The notes: generated by a model from the sequence alone, not told the origin. A stretch of 64,000 bases of DNA from Octopus vulgaris (GCA_951406725.2 OX597822.1:49600001-49664000), one strand, 5' to 3'; counted from the stretch's first letter, positions 25,393 through 42,580 are shown. Made by a program: numbers and translations.

Positions 25393-26134
25393 CCGCTTGG
25401 AACCGCTCGAATACTCCGGATGGTGCTCGAAAAATAAGGGGTGTTACCTAAGTTCACTTGTAGTGAACCGCTAGTGCTCATTAACCTATTACTATAAATG
25501 AGAGGAAAGTAGTCGAAGGGACATGAAATATTAAAAACATAAGGTATCCAATGTTCACGGCATTCATGGATGCCAATTATTATCAGCGGAAAGGACACTT
25601 TGGTCATTGAGCCCGCTGGAAAAAGCGGCCACATGATCGCGTATGAAGCAAAATCTCGAAGCTTGAATATCCTTAAAGGATGTTAGCTAACGGCATCTTC
25701 AGCGTTCAAGGGCCTGACGTACTAACAATACCCACGAATAGAATCGTAATTCTGCCTTAACCAGAATTACGATTACCCCCTTAAGGATATTGACAATGCG
25801 AAAGCTACCAAGACCTAACTAGACAACTGACTGAGGGCAGTTCATAAAAGTCATTTGATTGGAAGGTTCAAAGGGGAAGTCAATGGGGTAGCTGGTTAGT
25901 AAATTCTGCGAAGGTAGCTGGGCGCTTCTCCAAATTTCAGCTCAGTCAATGTGTATAGCAAGTCCTCTAATCACCGCCTAACAATTTCATCAGTGGTGGA
26001 ATAATTCAATGCCATCAAATGAAGAGCAATCATCGCATTCTTCCTATTGAAGATGAAAGAATTAGACACGTTAACTAGAATGTAAAGAACAGCAAAATTT
26101 GGAAGCCTCAGAAAACTGTGACGGAAGTAGAAAC

Positions 26135-26520
26135 GTAGGCTCGGGCGCGGCTATGTGGTAAAAAGTTTCTTTCCCAACTACATGGTGCCGAGTTCAGTCC
26201 CACTGTGTGGCACCTTGAGCAAGAGCCCTTCTTATATAGCCTCGGAATTTGTGAGCGGATTTGGTAGACAGAAACTGAAAGAAGCTCGTCACATGTGTGT
26301 CTTTCTGACTGTGATTGCCACGCATCATGGCTTGACTGTGATTTCCACAAACCATGGGGCTGGTTTATTTAAGACCCTGTAACTTAGTTGTTCGGCATAA
26401 GAGACTGTTAGATTAAGTAACAGTTTTAAAAAGTACTGGAGTCGATTTTATTCGACTAAAAGCTCTTCAATGCGGCGCCCCAGTATAGCTGCCCTTTAAA
26501 GCCTGAAAAAAATTAAAGAT
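26135..26520 (+). mobile_element. tRNA-derived SINE family 1
   Basis: ggcgcggctatgtggtaaaaagtttctttcccaactacatggtgccgagttcagtcccactgtgtggcaccttg...gtcgattttattcgactaaa..ggcgccccagtat. Confidence 0.85.
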
Positions 26521-28641
26521 AAACGACACTAATTTCCAGGCGCTTGTAGTAATCTGTCAAAATACCGATTCCATGAGCAAGAGACAGTACATAGTCCAAA
26601 GTGTCTGTGACTCAACTGAGGAGGATCACCGTGTGAAGACAGCCGAGCTTAACCACAAAGGACAATGAACACGGTAGGACCATGCTCCGAATGTAGACTG
26701 TCCGGAAAAGAATTCAGGAACACTGACCAGTGAAAGTTGTTCTTACTCTCATATGCTGTCACTGGCCTCTTGCCAACCACAAATGAAATTAAAATATGAC
26801 GCAAAGAGGAAGACAGATTCTGAAAGTAGTATGGAAGAACTTTGTGTAACCTGAATCACATTTTGATTGGATACCTTGAGGCAATGAATGAAGGTCGATA
26901 CAAGTAGACGAACAAAATGGTTACATAAATCTTCAAATAATTGGACTTGCAAAGTGTTAAGCTAACAAGCAGCAGTTGTCACTACCCAGGAGTATCGGAT
27001 GCCTAAGGGAATCTAAGACGAAAGCAACAGCAGGTTGCACATTATCTATTTTGCATTCAGCCTCTGACTGAGATATTCAAGTAAACTCCAAAAGCATACG
27101 TTTTCTCAGAGTGGGTACCGGTAGCATCACTCAGACCAGACGTCTTGCAACAAGTGTTCTAGAAGGATAAAATCGACACTTCTCAATAGCTAAATCTAAG
27201 AGATGGCACTTGACCTCATTCTTAACTGAAGTCGGTTGCCGCCGCTTTCTGGTAGAATCCATGCACTATTTCATGAAGAAGATTGCTTTGGAATCCGAAC
27301 AACTGAAGAGGACCACCGAGGAGATAGGCACGGTAGCTGAGACCAGTTCAAGATAGCTGTGGTCAATAAGAAGTCGCAGGTTTAATCCTTCCGCAGACGA
27401 AGCGTAGAGGCTAAGGGGCAAAACACTTGTAATCCCGAGATATCTGTCGATGACACGGGAGATTAGACATTAATTCAGAAGAGCTTGCAGAACGTCTAAG
27501 TGGCATTGTCTACGTGAGGTAAAGCATCTCCGATATTTATTTCATTTACACACGTATGCATATATGTTTGTATGTGTATCTGTTAGAGCGAAATTATGAA
27601 ATGTGAAACCATGAAGTAAAAGTAAATTTTAAGATATGGTCTATGGAGCAATAGTTACATTAATCCTTAATTCAAAGAGTAGTTTTCCTAAAAATAAAAT
27701 ATACACAAAATTGAAAAAAAAAAACGTGAGGTATAACTCAATATAATTAACTTGAATTAAGGACTGAAGCAATTTTGAAATTTCGATTAAACATATTCTT
27801 GAGAATGAAGGCGTTGATGCTTTACAATCCAATTTGAGTAATTGTTAAGAAATATTATTGAATAAAAATATTGATATAATAATGCTCAATACAATGGTGA
27901 TGTTGGTGATGAATATGATGACGATTACGATGATGAGACTGATGATGATAATGATTATAACGATAGTTTCAATAAAAATTGCTAATAATTAAACCAAAAA
28001 TAATAATAAAAGATCTGATGTATTTTAGTTTTGAAATACTTTAATGTATAGCCATACAAAACAAATCTGATCTCGTATATTAACTTAATTGATATTTGAA
28101 AAATCATACTCGTTATTTTTTAAAATAGTTTCGTGATTTTTGATGGAAATATGAAGATATAAAAAATAAAATCCCAAAGCGTTCATTAAATCGATAATTC
28201 TGAAAATGGTATTCAAGGATTAAAGGCAAAACAAGTGGTATGAATATGAAGTAATCGTGCTGTAGTTAACTAGCTAGCTGTGTACTATCTTCTTTTCCCT
28301 TCATTTTATTGCCGGGAATTATAGCGAATAGAAAATGTTCCAGCTGCATTTATTAACAAACATGGGAATTTTCAATAAAAACCTAATGTAATAATACTTT
28401 TAGAAGTTTCTTTTCCACCCTATACCACCCTCTATCTACACATTAGTCAAATAATGTGTCTAAGTACACTTCTACAAGTTTACTGGTTTGTCACTAGCCT
28501 GTTGTTATTGGTACTTTCTTCACGAAATATTGAAAATTGGTACCTACTTTATCATAACCTTAGTGTAAATCAGTTACTTTCAGACATAAACTGAGACAAC
28601 ATTAGTCCTAGTGGAAATGCATTCACATGTAAATGTAAAAA

Positions 28642-28683
<42 letters not shown>

Positions 28684-28756
28684 GATTATTTGAGGGAATA
28701 TTAATCCTAACTTACAGGGAAAAATTCAATTTACTAATGCTAAATCAAATTTCACG

Positions 28757-28802
<46 letters not shown>

Positions 28803-28839
28803 ATTAGAAAAAAACACCTTTTATCAATTCAAAATGAAC

Positions 28840-29057
28840 AATTAAATTACACCATCTAGGAAATTACATATAATAGAAATATTAAAACTAAAATAACAAT
28901 AAAATACCAATGATTAAGTAAATTGCAAAAATAATAAAAACGTATATATATACGTTTGTATTATTTTTTTGCAATTTACTTAATCATTGGTATTTTATTG
29001 TTTTTTTAGTATTAATATTTCTATTATATGTAATTTTCTAGATGGTGTAATTTAATT
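28840..29057. repeat. Long near-perfect palindrome centred on a short (TA)n at about 28947
   Basis: aattaaattacaccatctag..ataccaatgattaagtaaattgcaaaa mirrored by ttttgcaatttacttaatcattggtat..ctagatggtgtaatttaatt. Confidence 0.9.
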
Positions 29058-29061
29058 CCAC

Positions 29062-30620
<1,559 letters not shown>

Positions 30621-30659
30621 ACAAAAATTTAACGTCCTCGTGAGAACATAACAGCCACT

Positions 30660-31920
30660 GTTAAGCAGCCTGAAGTAAAGGAAGTACCTGTAGACTTTGA
30701 AATATTAAAAAATATTAAAAATATTAAAAAGCAACAAGGAATTGATTCAAAGAGGGGAATCACGACTAAAATTGATCTCCGCTACCGGGAGATGCAAGAA
30801 GAAAGAAAAATGAAGAAATGGTGGTGATGTGGCTGCTTGCAGCAATCTTAATAAGAACAAACGAAGACCCAGAAGTGCAGCAGGTAAGTCGGACAAAGCA
30901 ATTGAACTTATAGGGATATGGCTGGAAGTTATAATCCAGGCAACGTCACTGGACTTACAAGAAATTGTTGAAGAAATGAAGAAGGGAAGCTGCGAGTGGT
31001 GGTGGAGGAAAAACCTCTCACCTGCTACCACTGCAGAAAGAGGGAGCACATAAAGGCGAGCTGCCCCCTTTTTAACAGCGAGACACCAAGAGAGGAAAAG
31101 CAAGAAGAAAACAACAACAGAGAAGAAATTACGGGAGAAGCAAATATGGAAAGCAGAAACGAGAGTTTTCAGGAAGTACAAAATAGGAAGCGGAAGGACT
31201 TTGAAAATTCCCCACCGAAAAAACAACCAAGAAGAAAAAGAAGTAGTATACAAGCACCCACACAGTCTACCACACGATCACAAACACCCAAGAAAACCAC
31301 AGACATCCCAGAATCTCCAGATAAGCGTACACAAGCAGACACACAAGCAGACACACAAGCATCATAGGCAAGTTATAAAAATAGGGCGTATCTGACGAAT
31401 TATTGGGCAGGCATGGCCATTTTAAAAAGAAACATGCAAAAATTAAGTCGATAATAAGAGTTAAAGAGGAGGAAGATTTGCGAGTACCGGACATGAGGTG
31501 TAAATTAATAGACTTAAATAATTACACAAAATTAAAAGCAGTCTTTGGCGATCACTCGGAACCGCCAGGGCTGGAGCTGAAATATGATATTTGAACAATT
31601 GAGACCGTATTTGAGGTATTAAGCTAATCTTAATTTGATAAACATTGGTTTAAAAAAAAGTAGTTAACTGGTACTTCACAAGAGTGGGGCTAGTGTGGCC
31701 ATTGCACCGTCATCTATTATATAAACCCATTTCATTCATTCATTTATGACATCCCAGAATTTCCAGATAAGCATATACTAATAGAAGCACAAAAAGACAC
31801 ACTAGCAGACACATAAACATCAGAAGCCAGTCATAAAAATAAGGCATATCTGACGAACAATGTGACGAGTACGGTCATTGAAATAAGAATTGCAAACATC
31901 AAATCGATAATAATTGAACT
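30660..31920 (+). mobile_element. Decayed gag-like/ORF1 zinc-knuckle region of a retroelement
   Basis: CYHCRKREHIKASC (CX2CX4HX4C) followed by a basic/low-complexity tail. Internal diverged direct repeat at about 31302-31460 and 31748-31915. Confidence 0.6.
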
Positions 31921-32084
31921 GCCTGCAGAACAGCCTACATAATATATATAAAACTGGGTTATCAGTGAGAGATACGTAATGACCGTTATTTATGGCTTAT
32001 TTAATGTGCGCACGCGTGCGCATGTGTGTGTATGTGTATACACATATTCACTTCAACCATACACCCTAAGTAATCTAAAGCCAG

Positions 32085-32270
32085 GTAATGGGAAATCTTT
32101 TGATTTGCACCACCCTTCTCTCTGCAAATGAAATCTCTACCTAAACTCTTCTTTTAAATTCTAAAATCTAATTTTCCACCACAATATAAATACTATCCTG
32201 CCTTTAAATCCCCTGTGAAAATCTCCTTCTACAACTAATTTAGGATATATAATTGTCTCCTCGCACTAAC
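32085..32270 (+). pseudogene. PLE linker fragment
   Basis: *FAPPFSLQMKSLPKLFF*ILKSNFPPQYKYYPAF, resembling the WFNPPFS..FP..HKY..F linker. Confidence 0.55.
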
Positions 32271-32531
32271 GCAAACTCCAACACCATTCCTCTGAACAAC
32301 AACTGCACCCCAAATTATCCCACATATCAGCAATAGCACAATCCGCAATAACCCACCTCAATTAAATAATGCAGTGAGATGGTACGGAAACATTTGTAAC
32401 TTATAATTAATGATGTGTTAAAGAATTTTCTTCGTCTTCTAGTTTGCATTGAATTATTTACTCTTCGCCAAACCTACACCAGAAGCATTCCAGCTTTGGC
32501 TTGGATCCCGATAGTGTTGATATCCCAGTAT

Positions 32532-32599
32532 TCGGGTCGAGTGCTTCTCTGGAAATACCCCAAATTCACACCCAATTGGCGTTAGCCATTTGCTCTATA

Positions 32600-32670
<71 letters not shown>

Positions 32671-32678
32671 AGTCTTAT

Positions 32679-32738
<60 letters not shown>

Positions 32739-33725
32739 CTCGATATAAGACTTAATTTATTAAACAAAGTTCAACAAATTGGGATGTTAAAATGGATTAT
32801 CCTTTTACTTCAAAGTATAACGAGGAAATAATAAAAAATATTTTTTTATTTAAAAAAAGACATTACGACAATCACGTAAGTGGTCCCCTTTAAATACATG
32901 TTTACACGAGTTTGTATTTCGTAAGTTTCATACTTTAAATATATCTAGCAGTTTTTAGATAATTAATGCAACATATAATACCTATATTGTCTATCGATTA
33001 TTAACTTCTCTGAAATGCTTAAATACAAAAAATAAAATCTATATAAACCCCCCCTTGGTATTTCTAACATCCAATTTACTTAAAAACATAGTAGGTATGA
33101 TAGATGACGGTGAAGAAATTTTTAAACACGAATTTGAAATAACATATAGCTCCTTATTTGGTACTTCTAAACGTACAAACACATATATCTTGACCAGTGC
33201 TTTTGCTAGGGAGCTTTTTAAATATATATTTATCGGGTTTCATAGTGAGAAAGTCAAGAATTAACTATTAGATTTAAATTATCCTGAGTGGGAAAATAAA
33301 TATACAAATACGTATATAATGATAACTAAGAAACTATTCAATGTATATTTTAAACATCTTTTCGTTTATGTTCATTTAAAGCTCACCTACTGAAGAGTAC
33401 AAATTCAACATTTGTGATGTTTTCTTTATAGAAATCTCGGTCCTTTTTTGTCAGAAACAGTTGTCTAGGATTATGAAATTAAAGAATAATCCATTTTAAA
33501 ATCCAATTTGCTTTATTTCATTTATTCGGTAAAATTTATTGAACTTTGTTTAATAAAGTCTTATATTGATTATTTGCTGACATACTTTCATACCTATACG
33601 ATTTAAAAACTCGTAAATAATGTACGATAAAAAGACATTAGAAATCTATGGAAAAGTTCGGGTTGAGTGCTTCTCTGGAAATACACCAAATTCGCACTCA
33701 ATTAACCTTAGCCATTTGCTCTCTC
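32532..33725. repeat. Pair of ~70-bp direct repeats (32532-32600, 33657-33725), each ending at (TA)n, around an AT-rich block with inverted ends
   Basis: ttcgggt[c/t]gagtgcttctctggaaatac.ccaaattc.cac.caatt...ttagccatttgctct. Inverted tttattaaacaaagttcaa at about 32756 and ttgaactttgtttaataaa at about 33539. Probably PLE terminal repeats. Confidence 0.6.
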
Positions 33726-35449
33726 TATATACATCTATATACATATATACATAAGACGAAGATATATTCATCCGCATAAATATAATATTACATATATATG
33801 TTTATATATAAATAAATAAATAAATAAATAAATATATATATATATATATATATGTGCATAAACATACATAAACACACTTGTGTATGTACAACTTGATGTG
33901 TATACGAAGGCGCAGTGTGGTTAAATGATGTCATTTTTCACACATGCAGACTCACACATAGACGTGCGCGCACACGTACACACGCGCATGTGCGCACAAC
34001 TACACCCACACCCATACACAATCACATACACAGATGCATAAACTAAGTGGAAGTCCATCTGATAGACATCTCCGGTTGAAAGGTTTGCCCCTTGTGAACT
34101 TGTATACTCTTTTGCTGGACTAAATCACAATTTCCTTGAGCCCAATATCGGCCCCACGTTATAGGTCACCTCTTTCTCTCATATTTATTAAGGCTTCAGC
34201 TCATGCGGGGCGAGATTTAGGCGTGCTTAGCGACTTGCTTAAAGCACATCTATACCTCCACGTTGTAATTCAGCCCTGCTTACCAAGTTCTAATACAAAA
34301 ATATATTATATATTGGAAATCTGTTACTTAATTTTTCTGTTATTACACCACATAATACTTTTTGTTTTATGCTTTCAGGGTTTATACTTGTTACATCATT
34401 GTTTGTTATTAATCAATTTGTTATTGATAAAACCAATTTTCGTACTAGAACTTGATATGTAATACCAACCAGCACTGTGCGAGCATAGAGGAATTGTTAA
34501 GTAGTTCACTCCTTACACGCGAGCAGCTAATTTCAAAACCATCTCGTAGAAAGAAGAGCCTTCGTTAAAGATAAGAGATGACCCAGCGTTTTGGATGATA
34601 ATGAGTTGACGGAAATTGGAGAAATCCGTGGGATATATTGCATCGGCTTATGAGTTGCAGATTTTATCGATCACCCAGGTTTGCACTATAACCTAGTCTT
34701 TTTTTTGCCTTCATCAGAATTTACGATGTTGGAGGCGTTCAAACCTGGTCTCCCTTCTGATGAAAAAAACAAGCAAACAAAATACAAAACAAAACTTGGT
34801 GTATTGAAGAGCATTAGTATTGCTTGTTTCCCATTACAAAGACCATAATGCAATCAATTCTCCTGTTGCGATTAAGCAATAAAAACACAAAGAATCTTCT
34901 TTGAAGACTTGTACAATGCATAAAGCACAATAGAAATTAATCGTCTGTTACTCTCATGATTTATCGTATTTACATCAATTTTTATTTTGATGATTTGATT
35001 GTACATTGTTTACAGTCACGTTAATACAATTTGGTACAAACAGTTATGGGCCCAAACTATAAAATCTTTCCTGTTTCCCTGCGGTATAGAAATGATTCAT
35101 GGATGCTACAGTAACGGTTACGTGGAGATTGTTAGGTAGTTTTTTTAAAAATTCTAATGAATGTGATATTCTATACTGAAGTATTACGCCAACACACACA
35201 TGCGCGCGTACACATACGCATGGGCAAGCACAAACACATGCATGTGCGCATATACATACCCATATACAATTTTATCTCTATCTACAGATACATTATTTCA
35301 TATATAATGCAGAGCATATAAGAAATGCTATATATTCATGATTCACTCCATGCTACTCAGCGTTTGACACACGTGCCATATTTATGATCTCTTACATATT
35401 GTCTTGTGAATGATTATGGCTAGCCGTCTCAGTGCTGTCCGTCGAACGG

Positions 35450-36450
35450 AAAATCTATGAAATTATATCATACGTGCAGGAATAGTTTGGTATCTGCAAA
35501 CTCTCCAGTCGATAGTTTTTCGGATCTCATGCTGAGAATATCGTTGTCTGCTTCAATATCTGGAACATCTCACTTAGGCAAGATGGGCAATTTCGTGACG
35601 TGTTGAAGCGCCCATCTTATTGAAAAATGTTTGGATAGTCAGACCCTGGGTTCCCACATGAAATATTTTCCCTGTTCTTTCATCCAAGAGATTGAAGACA
35701 CCGATTGTAGCAACCCTAGGAAATGTTAATAGTTATTCTTTTTAGTGTCATCTAGGGGTAAGTATGGATGGACGATAGATAACTCCTTTGGAAGGGCAGA
35801 AACATTTCAACAGACAAACGTTCCGACCATCAGATTTGGGGGCTAATATATTATTTGGTAGTGATGTGATATGTAAAGCATTGCTGCTCAGGCAAGTATA
35901 AATGATCTTATCATTGGGATTATTGAATAATTTGTTGTATTAATGAGTGGTCAGAAAGTGTTTCCATACAGACATAATCAGGAATCTCTGGTCATGCTTA
36001 TGGTTACGTTCGAGTAATGTGGAGTATTAAATAAAATCATACTTATATTCCTGAGTCTCCAGTGACGAAGCGTAGATTAGTTGCAATCCGTGTAAACAAA
36101 CTTCTCGCTGTATCAACGTGATTCTCGTTGTAGTAGGGAGCTCCATTGTTAAGAATATCCCTCTCCAAGGATAATTATTCAGGCTACAATGCTTTTAATT
36201 ATGGCTGAGGTTAAGTTTTTTGAAGTGATATAGCTTTCTTATTTTGCCTACGAGGAATCTCTGTCTGTTGAAGCAAGTTTTATATCTAGTAAATTGGGAG
36301 CCAGTAATTATGATTATGCCAAACTTCTTAAATATTCCTATCAAATCCTTTATAAATCTATCGCTGTTGTGGCCACAAATATTTTAAGAGTTTCTTTTAG
36401 TCATAATGCCTTAATAATTGTGACTTTGGACAGAAAATTTGCTTTCCCGG
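35450..36450 (-). mobile_element. Highly decayed RLE-type LINE relic (tentative)
   Basis: Scattered minus-strand similarity (YLPL-D-like and IVG-LG-like motifs). No long ORF. Confidence 0.3.
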
Positions 36451-37151
36451 AACGTAGGAAATAAAGAATCTCACAAGACCTACGACTCCGTTATCATCAT
36501 TACTCCTCAAGAGATTTTCGAGCAAGAGTCTACGACAAACTTGAACAACTGAAAAATAAGACGTCACCAGTATTTTAACGGATCAAAAATCAGATCCGTT
36601 CGCGGAAAAAAATTATAAATACACCGTATTCCAAAAAATACAGAAGCAAAAGTTCCTGCACAGGACGAAAGAGTATGAAAGAAACTGTAAACCAAATCCC
36701 CTTTTTTACTATCTTCATTTCTCCCTTGTTTTTCTCCTTAATTCAGTATGACTGAAACTGTTATGATATTCATTTCTTGTCCACCATTACTAACATTATT
36801 GAATTTTATACATATAAAGAAGTTGATCCATAGTTTTTGCATTTTTGACTGTAATGAACATTTAAACTTGTCAACATTGAAACTTTTAAACATGGTTTTC
36901 TAATTCATAATTATAAATTTGGCTGTTATGAACATTCAAACTTGTCAACATTGATGATTTTAAACATTAAAAAAAAATTCATAATTCTAAATTTTTACCA
37001 TTGATAAACAAAAGATATTTTGTTGAAACTAGTTTGGTATATATGTAAATAAAATTATTTAAAAACAATTAGGAGTTTTACATATTTAGGTGAATTTTCA
37101 ACAACAAATTATCTTATACTTTTCCTGCGTGGAAATACACCTCCTCTTTTG

Positions 37152-37203
<52 letters not shown>

Positions 37204-40200
37204 GTACAGAATGTAAAAGGAACTCTGTGCAATATGTAAACGTGCATATATGCCTCCATATGTACACGTATACATGGAGATATAATGATACAATTATATT
37301 ATATTATATTATATTATATTATATATATATATATATATATATGTATACAGTTAGATAGACAGATAGATATATAAATTCGTTTGTAAAACGTGTGTGAGAG
37401 AGAGAGAGTGTGTGTGTGTGGAAGAGAAGAAAGGCGACTAGGGATATATAAACTCGAATATTTTACTCATTTATCGACTTATAGATCTCCAGTTAAAGCA
37501 TGAGATTAGGTGACATTATCGATAGCAGAAAATGCCAATGTCTATTATATGATTAGACAGGTTGCAATCTTTTTACCACTTTCCGTAATGAAACATCTGT
37601 GTGCTTTATGCATGTATCTTCCAAGTCAGCGTAGAATTCCACTTACACAATGCATCAAGCGATTACGTATATATTTTCAGATTCCTATAAAGGAAATTCT
37701 CTCACTAATTTCTTATCTAACAGAATAGCAATTAGAAATTTTGCAATATAGAAGAAAAGCATATTTATCAACATTTATAGCAGTGTCAAGTCTACGTCAT
37801 CATCGACAACGCCACCAACAAATAAACCGCTATCATTACTAATACAGGAATTATCAACTCCACCTTAAAATAGGCAGCGAATTGGTAGCGTTGGGCGAGC
37901 GTCGGAAAGAATACCACCTGGCCTTTATTCTGATACTGTGTGATCCTAGTTCGAATGTTGCTGAAATCAACTTCACGCTCATCGATAAACTATGTGACTA
38001 TCAAGGGAGTTAGATTGGCAGATTTGTAACACTTTCGAACTGGATATCTTGCAGTATTTCTTTCTTCTTTCCTTCTGAGCTCGAATTCCGTTGTAGTATA
38101 TTTGATTGGAAGACTGGTTAAAATTACCATCTGTAGTGTTGGGTGCATTTAGCAGAATTCACTCTGTTAGTGGCATTTTCGATTTGAGGGTGCTTCCCTC
38201 CTTTCACTCTCAGAAGCTCTTCAGAACTGGCATAAAATCTCACCTTCCCGTTTGGCTGAAATATAACAATTCCAAGAACTCAAAACACCCCTTAGTGAGG
38301 AAGCTCCAGGTGTTAGTTTGCTCGACCTGCTTTAAATAACTACGATATATTCTACAAACTGCACTGAAAAACTTGATAAGACAAGGATAATACAGTGTTC
38401 GAAATAAATGTACGAGAAAAGGAAAAGATGCCTTTGATTAGAGACGTGCTAGGTCAGCATTAACATACGGCTAACTAACTAAAAGGAGAAGAAGAAGAGG
38501 AAGAAGAAGAAGAACAACAACAACAACAACGCTCCTAGGAAAAGTCACCACATTACCCCCAAAACATTTTCTACCATTTAAAAAAGGGCCTACAAAATAG
38601 GACATGAAAAGTATATAAAAAGTATTTTCTTTTAATTGAAAGGCGTCAAGCAACAAATAATAAAACAGGCCTCAATATTTTGGGGACTACGAAAGAAATG
38701 ACAATAACTATAGGAAGATGCTCTAACTATCATAAAACAATTGACGTAAGATTGACATGCATGTAAATGATAAGTAACAATTGTATCGAGAATGCTTTCT
38801 TCATAAGTTTATTCAATGAGGGTTAACTTGTGGCTAAGCAACAACAACAACAACAACAACAATAATAATACCAATAACAACCACCCTTATCCATTGCGCT
38901 AACAGACTAACTTCTCTATGAGACAAAACAACCACTGTCACTATTACCACCACCATCATCACCACCTGCCCCACCAACATCACTAATGTCTGCATCATAA
39001 CCACTACTACCACCACTACAACAACAATCATCACATTTTCAGAATATCAGCTGCAATGTCATCGACATTATAATAAGACCAACGTCAAAGTACGACCATA
39101 AGTATAAACACAACACTGCTGCTACTACAAGTAAAAAGCTGCCCATAAATATCTGCATCCCTAAACCCACCCATATAAGCATTCGCACAATCCACACAAT
39201 TACTATATATCACCACTATTATCAAAGCGATCTACGAATTAAAGCCAGTAACATCACCACCACCGCCGCCAATATCACCGCCACCAGCGCTGCCGTCGCT
39301 ACCACCACCACCACCACCACCACCACAATCATTGCCGTTATTTAATCGGGTGCAGATCGCCTACCGACATCAGAAATAAACTCCACTCTAGTCTGGTAAT
39401 ACTATTACCATCTCTACTTCAACAAAGATCGCCGTTATTACCATCAAGAGGTTAAACATATGAAAACTCGAATGAAGTCTGCATTTGGTAGTTTACCACG
39501 TTAGAAATAGTGGCCAAGTCCCGTGCAAGTTACACTTTACCGTGATAGATTAGTACATTGTGGATAATATAATATTTGCTTAACTGCACATAGGAAAAAT
39601 AACGGCAGGATGGTCACAGCCGGAAAGTACTTGATCAGGTAATGCTGCGGCAAAGCAACAACTGTGGTAGTGCTGGAACCAGTCTCTGCAATTCTGCGTG
39701 TCCAGTCGATATGCAGATAAATCACCCTCAAATCACGCAATATTGTCTTACATAAGAGCAGGACGTGTTACTTAAAACTGTCTCACATATTTGTATATCA
39801 GACTATAAGCTCGTGATAGTAAAGCCGATGCTTACTTCTGGGTCAACCCATGCTTGAGCTGGGAATAGCTAATAGCGAAATTACTCACAATCTACTTGTT
39901 ATCTATCAGGTAATTGAATTCTAACATAGGCGCAAATGCACACATTCTGTGTAAGAGAACTTAACAGGGATTTAGTTTGTCCAATCATCAAATATAAAAG
40001 GATATAATTAAATCAAAGTAGCTCCTTTTTGTCAAACGTTCAAGTGATTATCTTGATAATTATAATAACATTAATATTAATAATTATATTAAAAACTATA
40101 ATAGTTTTCTGTTGAGATGCTGAAGAGTCCCTACACTGGTGCTGTATTCGTGGTCAGTTTCCAGAAGAACATTAGCGGATTAGTGGCATAGTAATGTGAA

Positions 40201-40407
40201 ATCCATTAGCCGCTATATAGCTTTAGAGTATTCACAATAGTAAAATTGATTTGTTTGATCGACGACAGTTCTTATGTTTCAAAGGGCATTAATTGTTAAT
40301 GTGCAGTGAAACTGCATGAACAGCAACTCAAAGTTATGAATTACAAAAGTTATGGATACATTGTTAGATTACTCTTATCTCATGGCTATTTTGGAAGTTT
40401 ATTCAAA

Positions 40408-40439
<32 letters not shown>

Positions 40440-40450
<11 letters not shown>

Positions 40451-40640
40451 TAATCCAAACAAGAAAACAAAAAGACAACAACGCGAGGATGTGGAACAAA
40501 TAAAGTATTATTTGGCGCTCAGGAAAGAAGGAGGGTATGACGTTTCGAGCGGAGCTCTTCGTCGGAAACATAGGAGAAAGAAAGATCCCGAGGTGGGAGG
40601 ACAGAGGGAAAAAAATGCAAGTGGTCTTCACGAGGTCACA
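40440..40640 (-). mobile_element. PLE pLTR with HHR-like motif (about 40536-40573)
   Basis: tatgtttCCGACGA-a-GAGC tcc GCTC-GAAA-CG-TC-ata, then cctgagcg..aatact..tttgtt tail ending in (TA)n. Confidence 0.65.
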
Positions 40641-41151
40641 TATATATATATGTATGTATACGTTTTGTAATTTTAACCTTAACTGAGAAATGAAAGAATT
40701 GTTGGTTAATATGTTGATTAATAAATCAAGGGATAGAAGTATCCATTACACTACCGATATATTACGTATATCATATTTCTAACCATGTACGTACATATGC
40801 AAATATATAGGTTATAAGTTATCGGTTAAGACAAAGATAAATATAGGTTTATCGAGAATCAAAATTTAAAGAAAACTGAAAAAGATGAAATAGTGAATAA
40901 CAGAAATTTACTTACATAAATTATTATTTATTAATTCAATGCAAATAGATTGCATCCCATGTAAGATATGTTTCTGCTTCTAATCTTATATGGTATTGCC
41001 ATTGATTTTGAAAATATGTAAAAATATTAAACATATTTGATAATATAACCAATCTGAAACAAGGAGCTTCATCAGACTGAAGAATAATTTGCATTAAATG
41101 ATAATTGATGTAAGTCAAGTGCTGTTAATCATACTTCTCCATTTTCTATGT

Positions 41152-41897
<746 letters not shown>

Positions 41898-42053
41898 ATT
41901 TATTTATTTATCTAAATTATGCAAGACATTTCACCTAAACCTGGAGTTTCTACCTTAATAAATAGGCTGTTAACCCTTGTTACTTATGTGACTTTTTGCT
42001 ACACTGGTAAATTTTTTATTTATTTTTTCTGTGATATTTGTAAACACTGGCAA

Positions 42054-42127
<74 letters not shown>

Positions 42128-42130
<3 letters not shown>

Positions 42131-42385
42131 GGTTGTATACTGTCAATCTAACAAGAACGTGACAGTAGGGGGTACACCACCGTTATATAGCCCTAGGAGG
42201 CATCGAACGCCTCCTGACAGCTCGACACATTTTATCCTGTGTCCTTATATACACATACGAAGGGGAGACAAACACCACCAACTGCCGGAACTGCATCTAG
42301 GGACACCGTGTTTCAGGATCATTGTCCTTCATCGGCTTAGAGTAGCAGACACCGGTCAGCTGGCGATGTCTGTCTCGACTTCGTA
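42128..42385 (-). mobile_element. Retrozyme-like HHR element, family C (partial)
   Basis: HHR at 42296-42341, the shared structured motif at about 42180-42272, terminal hairpin UACUGUCA/UGACAGUA, then (TA)n. Confidence 0.7.
42296..42341 (-). ncRNA. Type I hammerhead ribozyme (CCGAUGA core)
   Basis: UCUAAG-CCGAUGA-AGGA caauga UCCU-GAAA-CAC g GUG-UC/CCUAGA. Confidence 0.75.
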
Positions 42386-42505
42386 TCTGTATATATCTAT
42401 AGTCTTATATATCTATATATATGTATCTATTACGTATCTATTATATATCTTATATATATGTATCTATATATCTATGTATACGAGAGATTTAGAAACTCAA
42501 TATTT

Positions 42506-42580
<75 letters not shown>

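Noticed and set aside
25860-27520. GC-richer block possibly a decayed LINE
   Set aside because: No diagnostic protein motif could be read; left unannotated.
40118-40215. CUGAAGA...GAAA as an HHR
   Set aside because: No convincing helix II or III.
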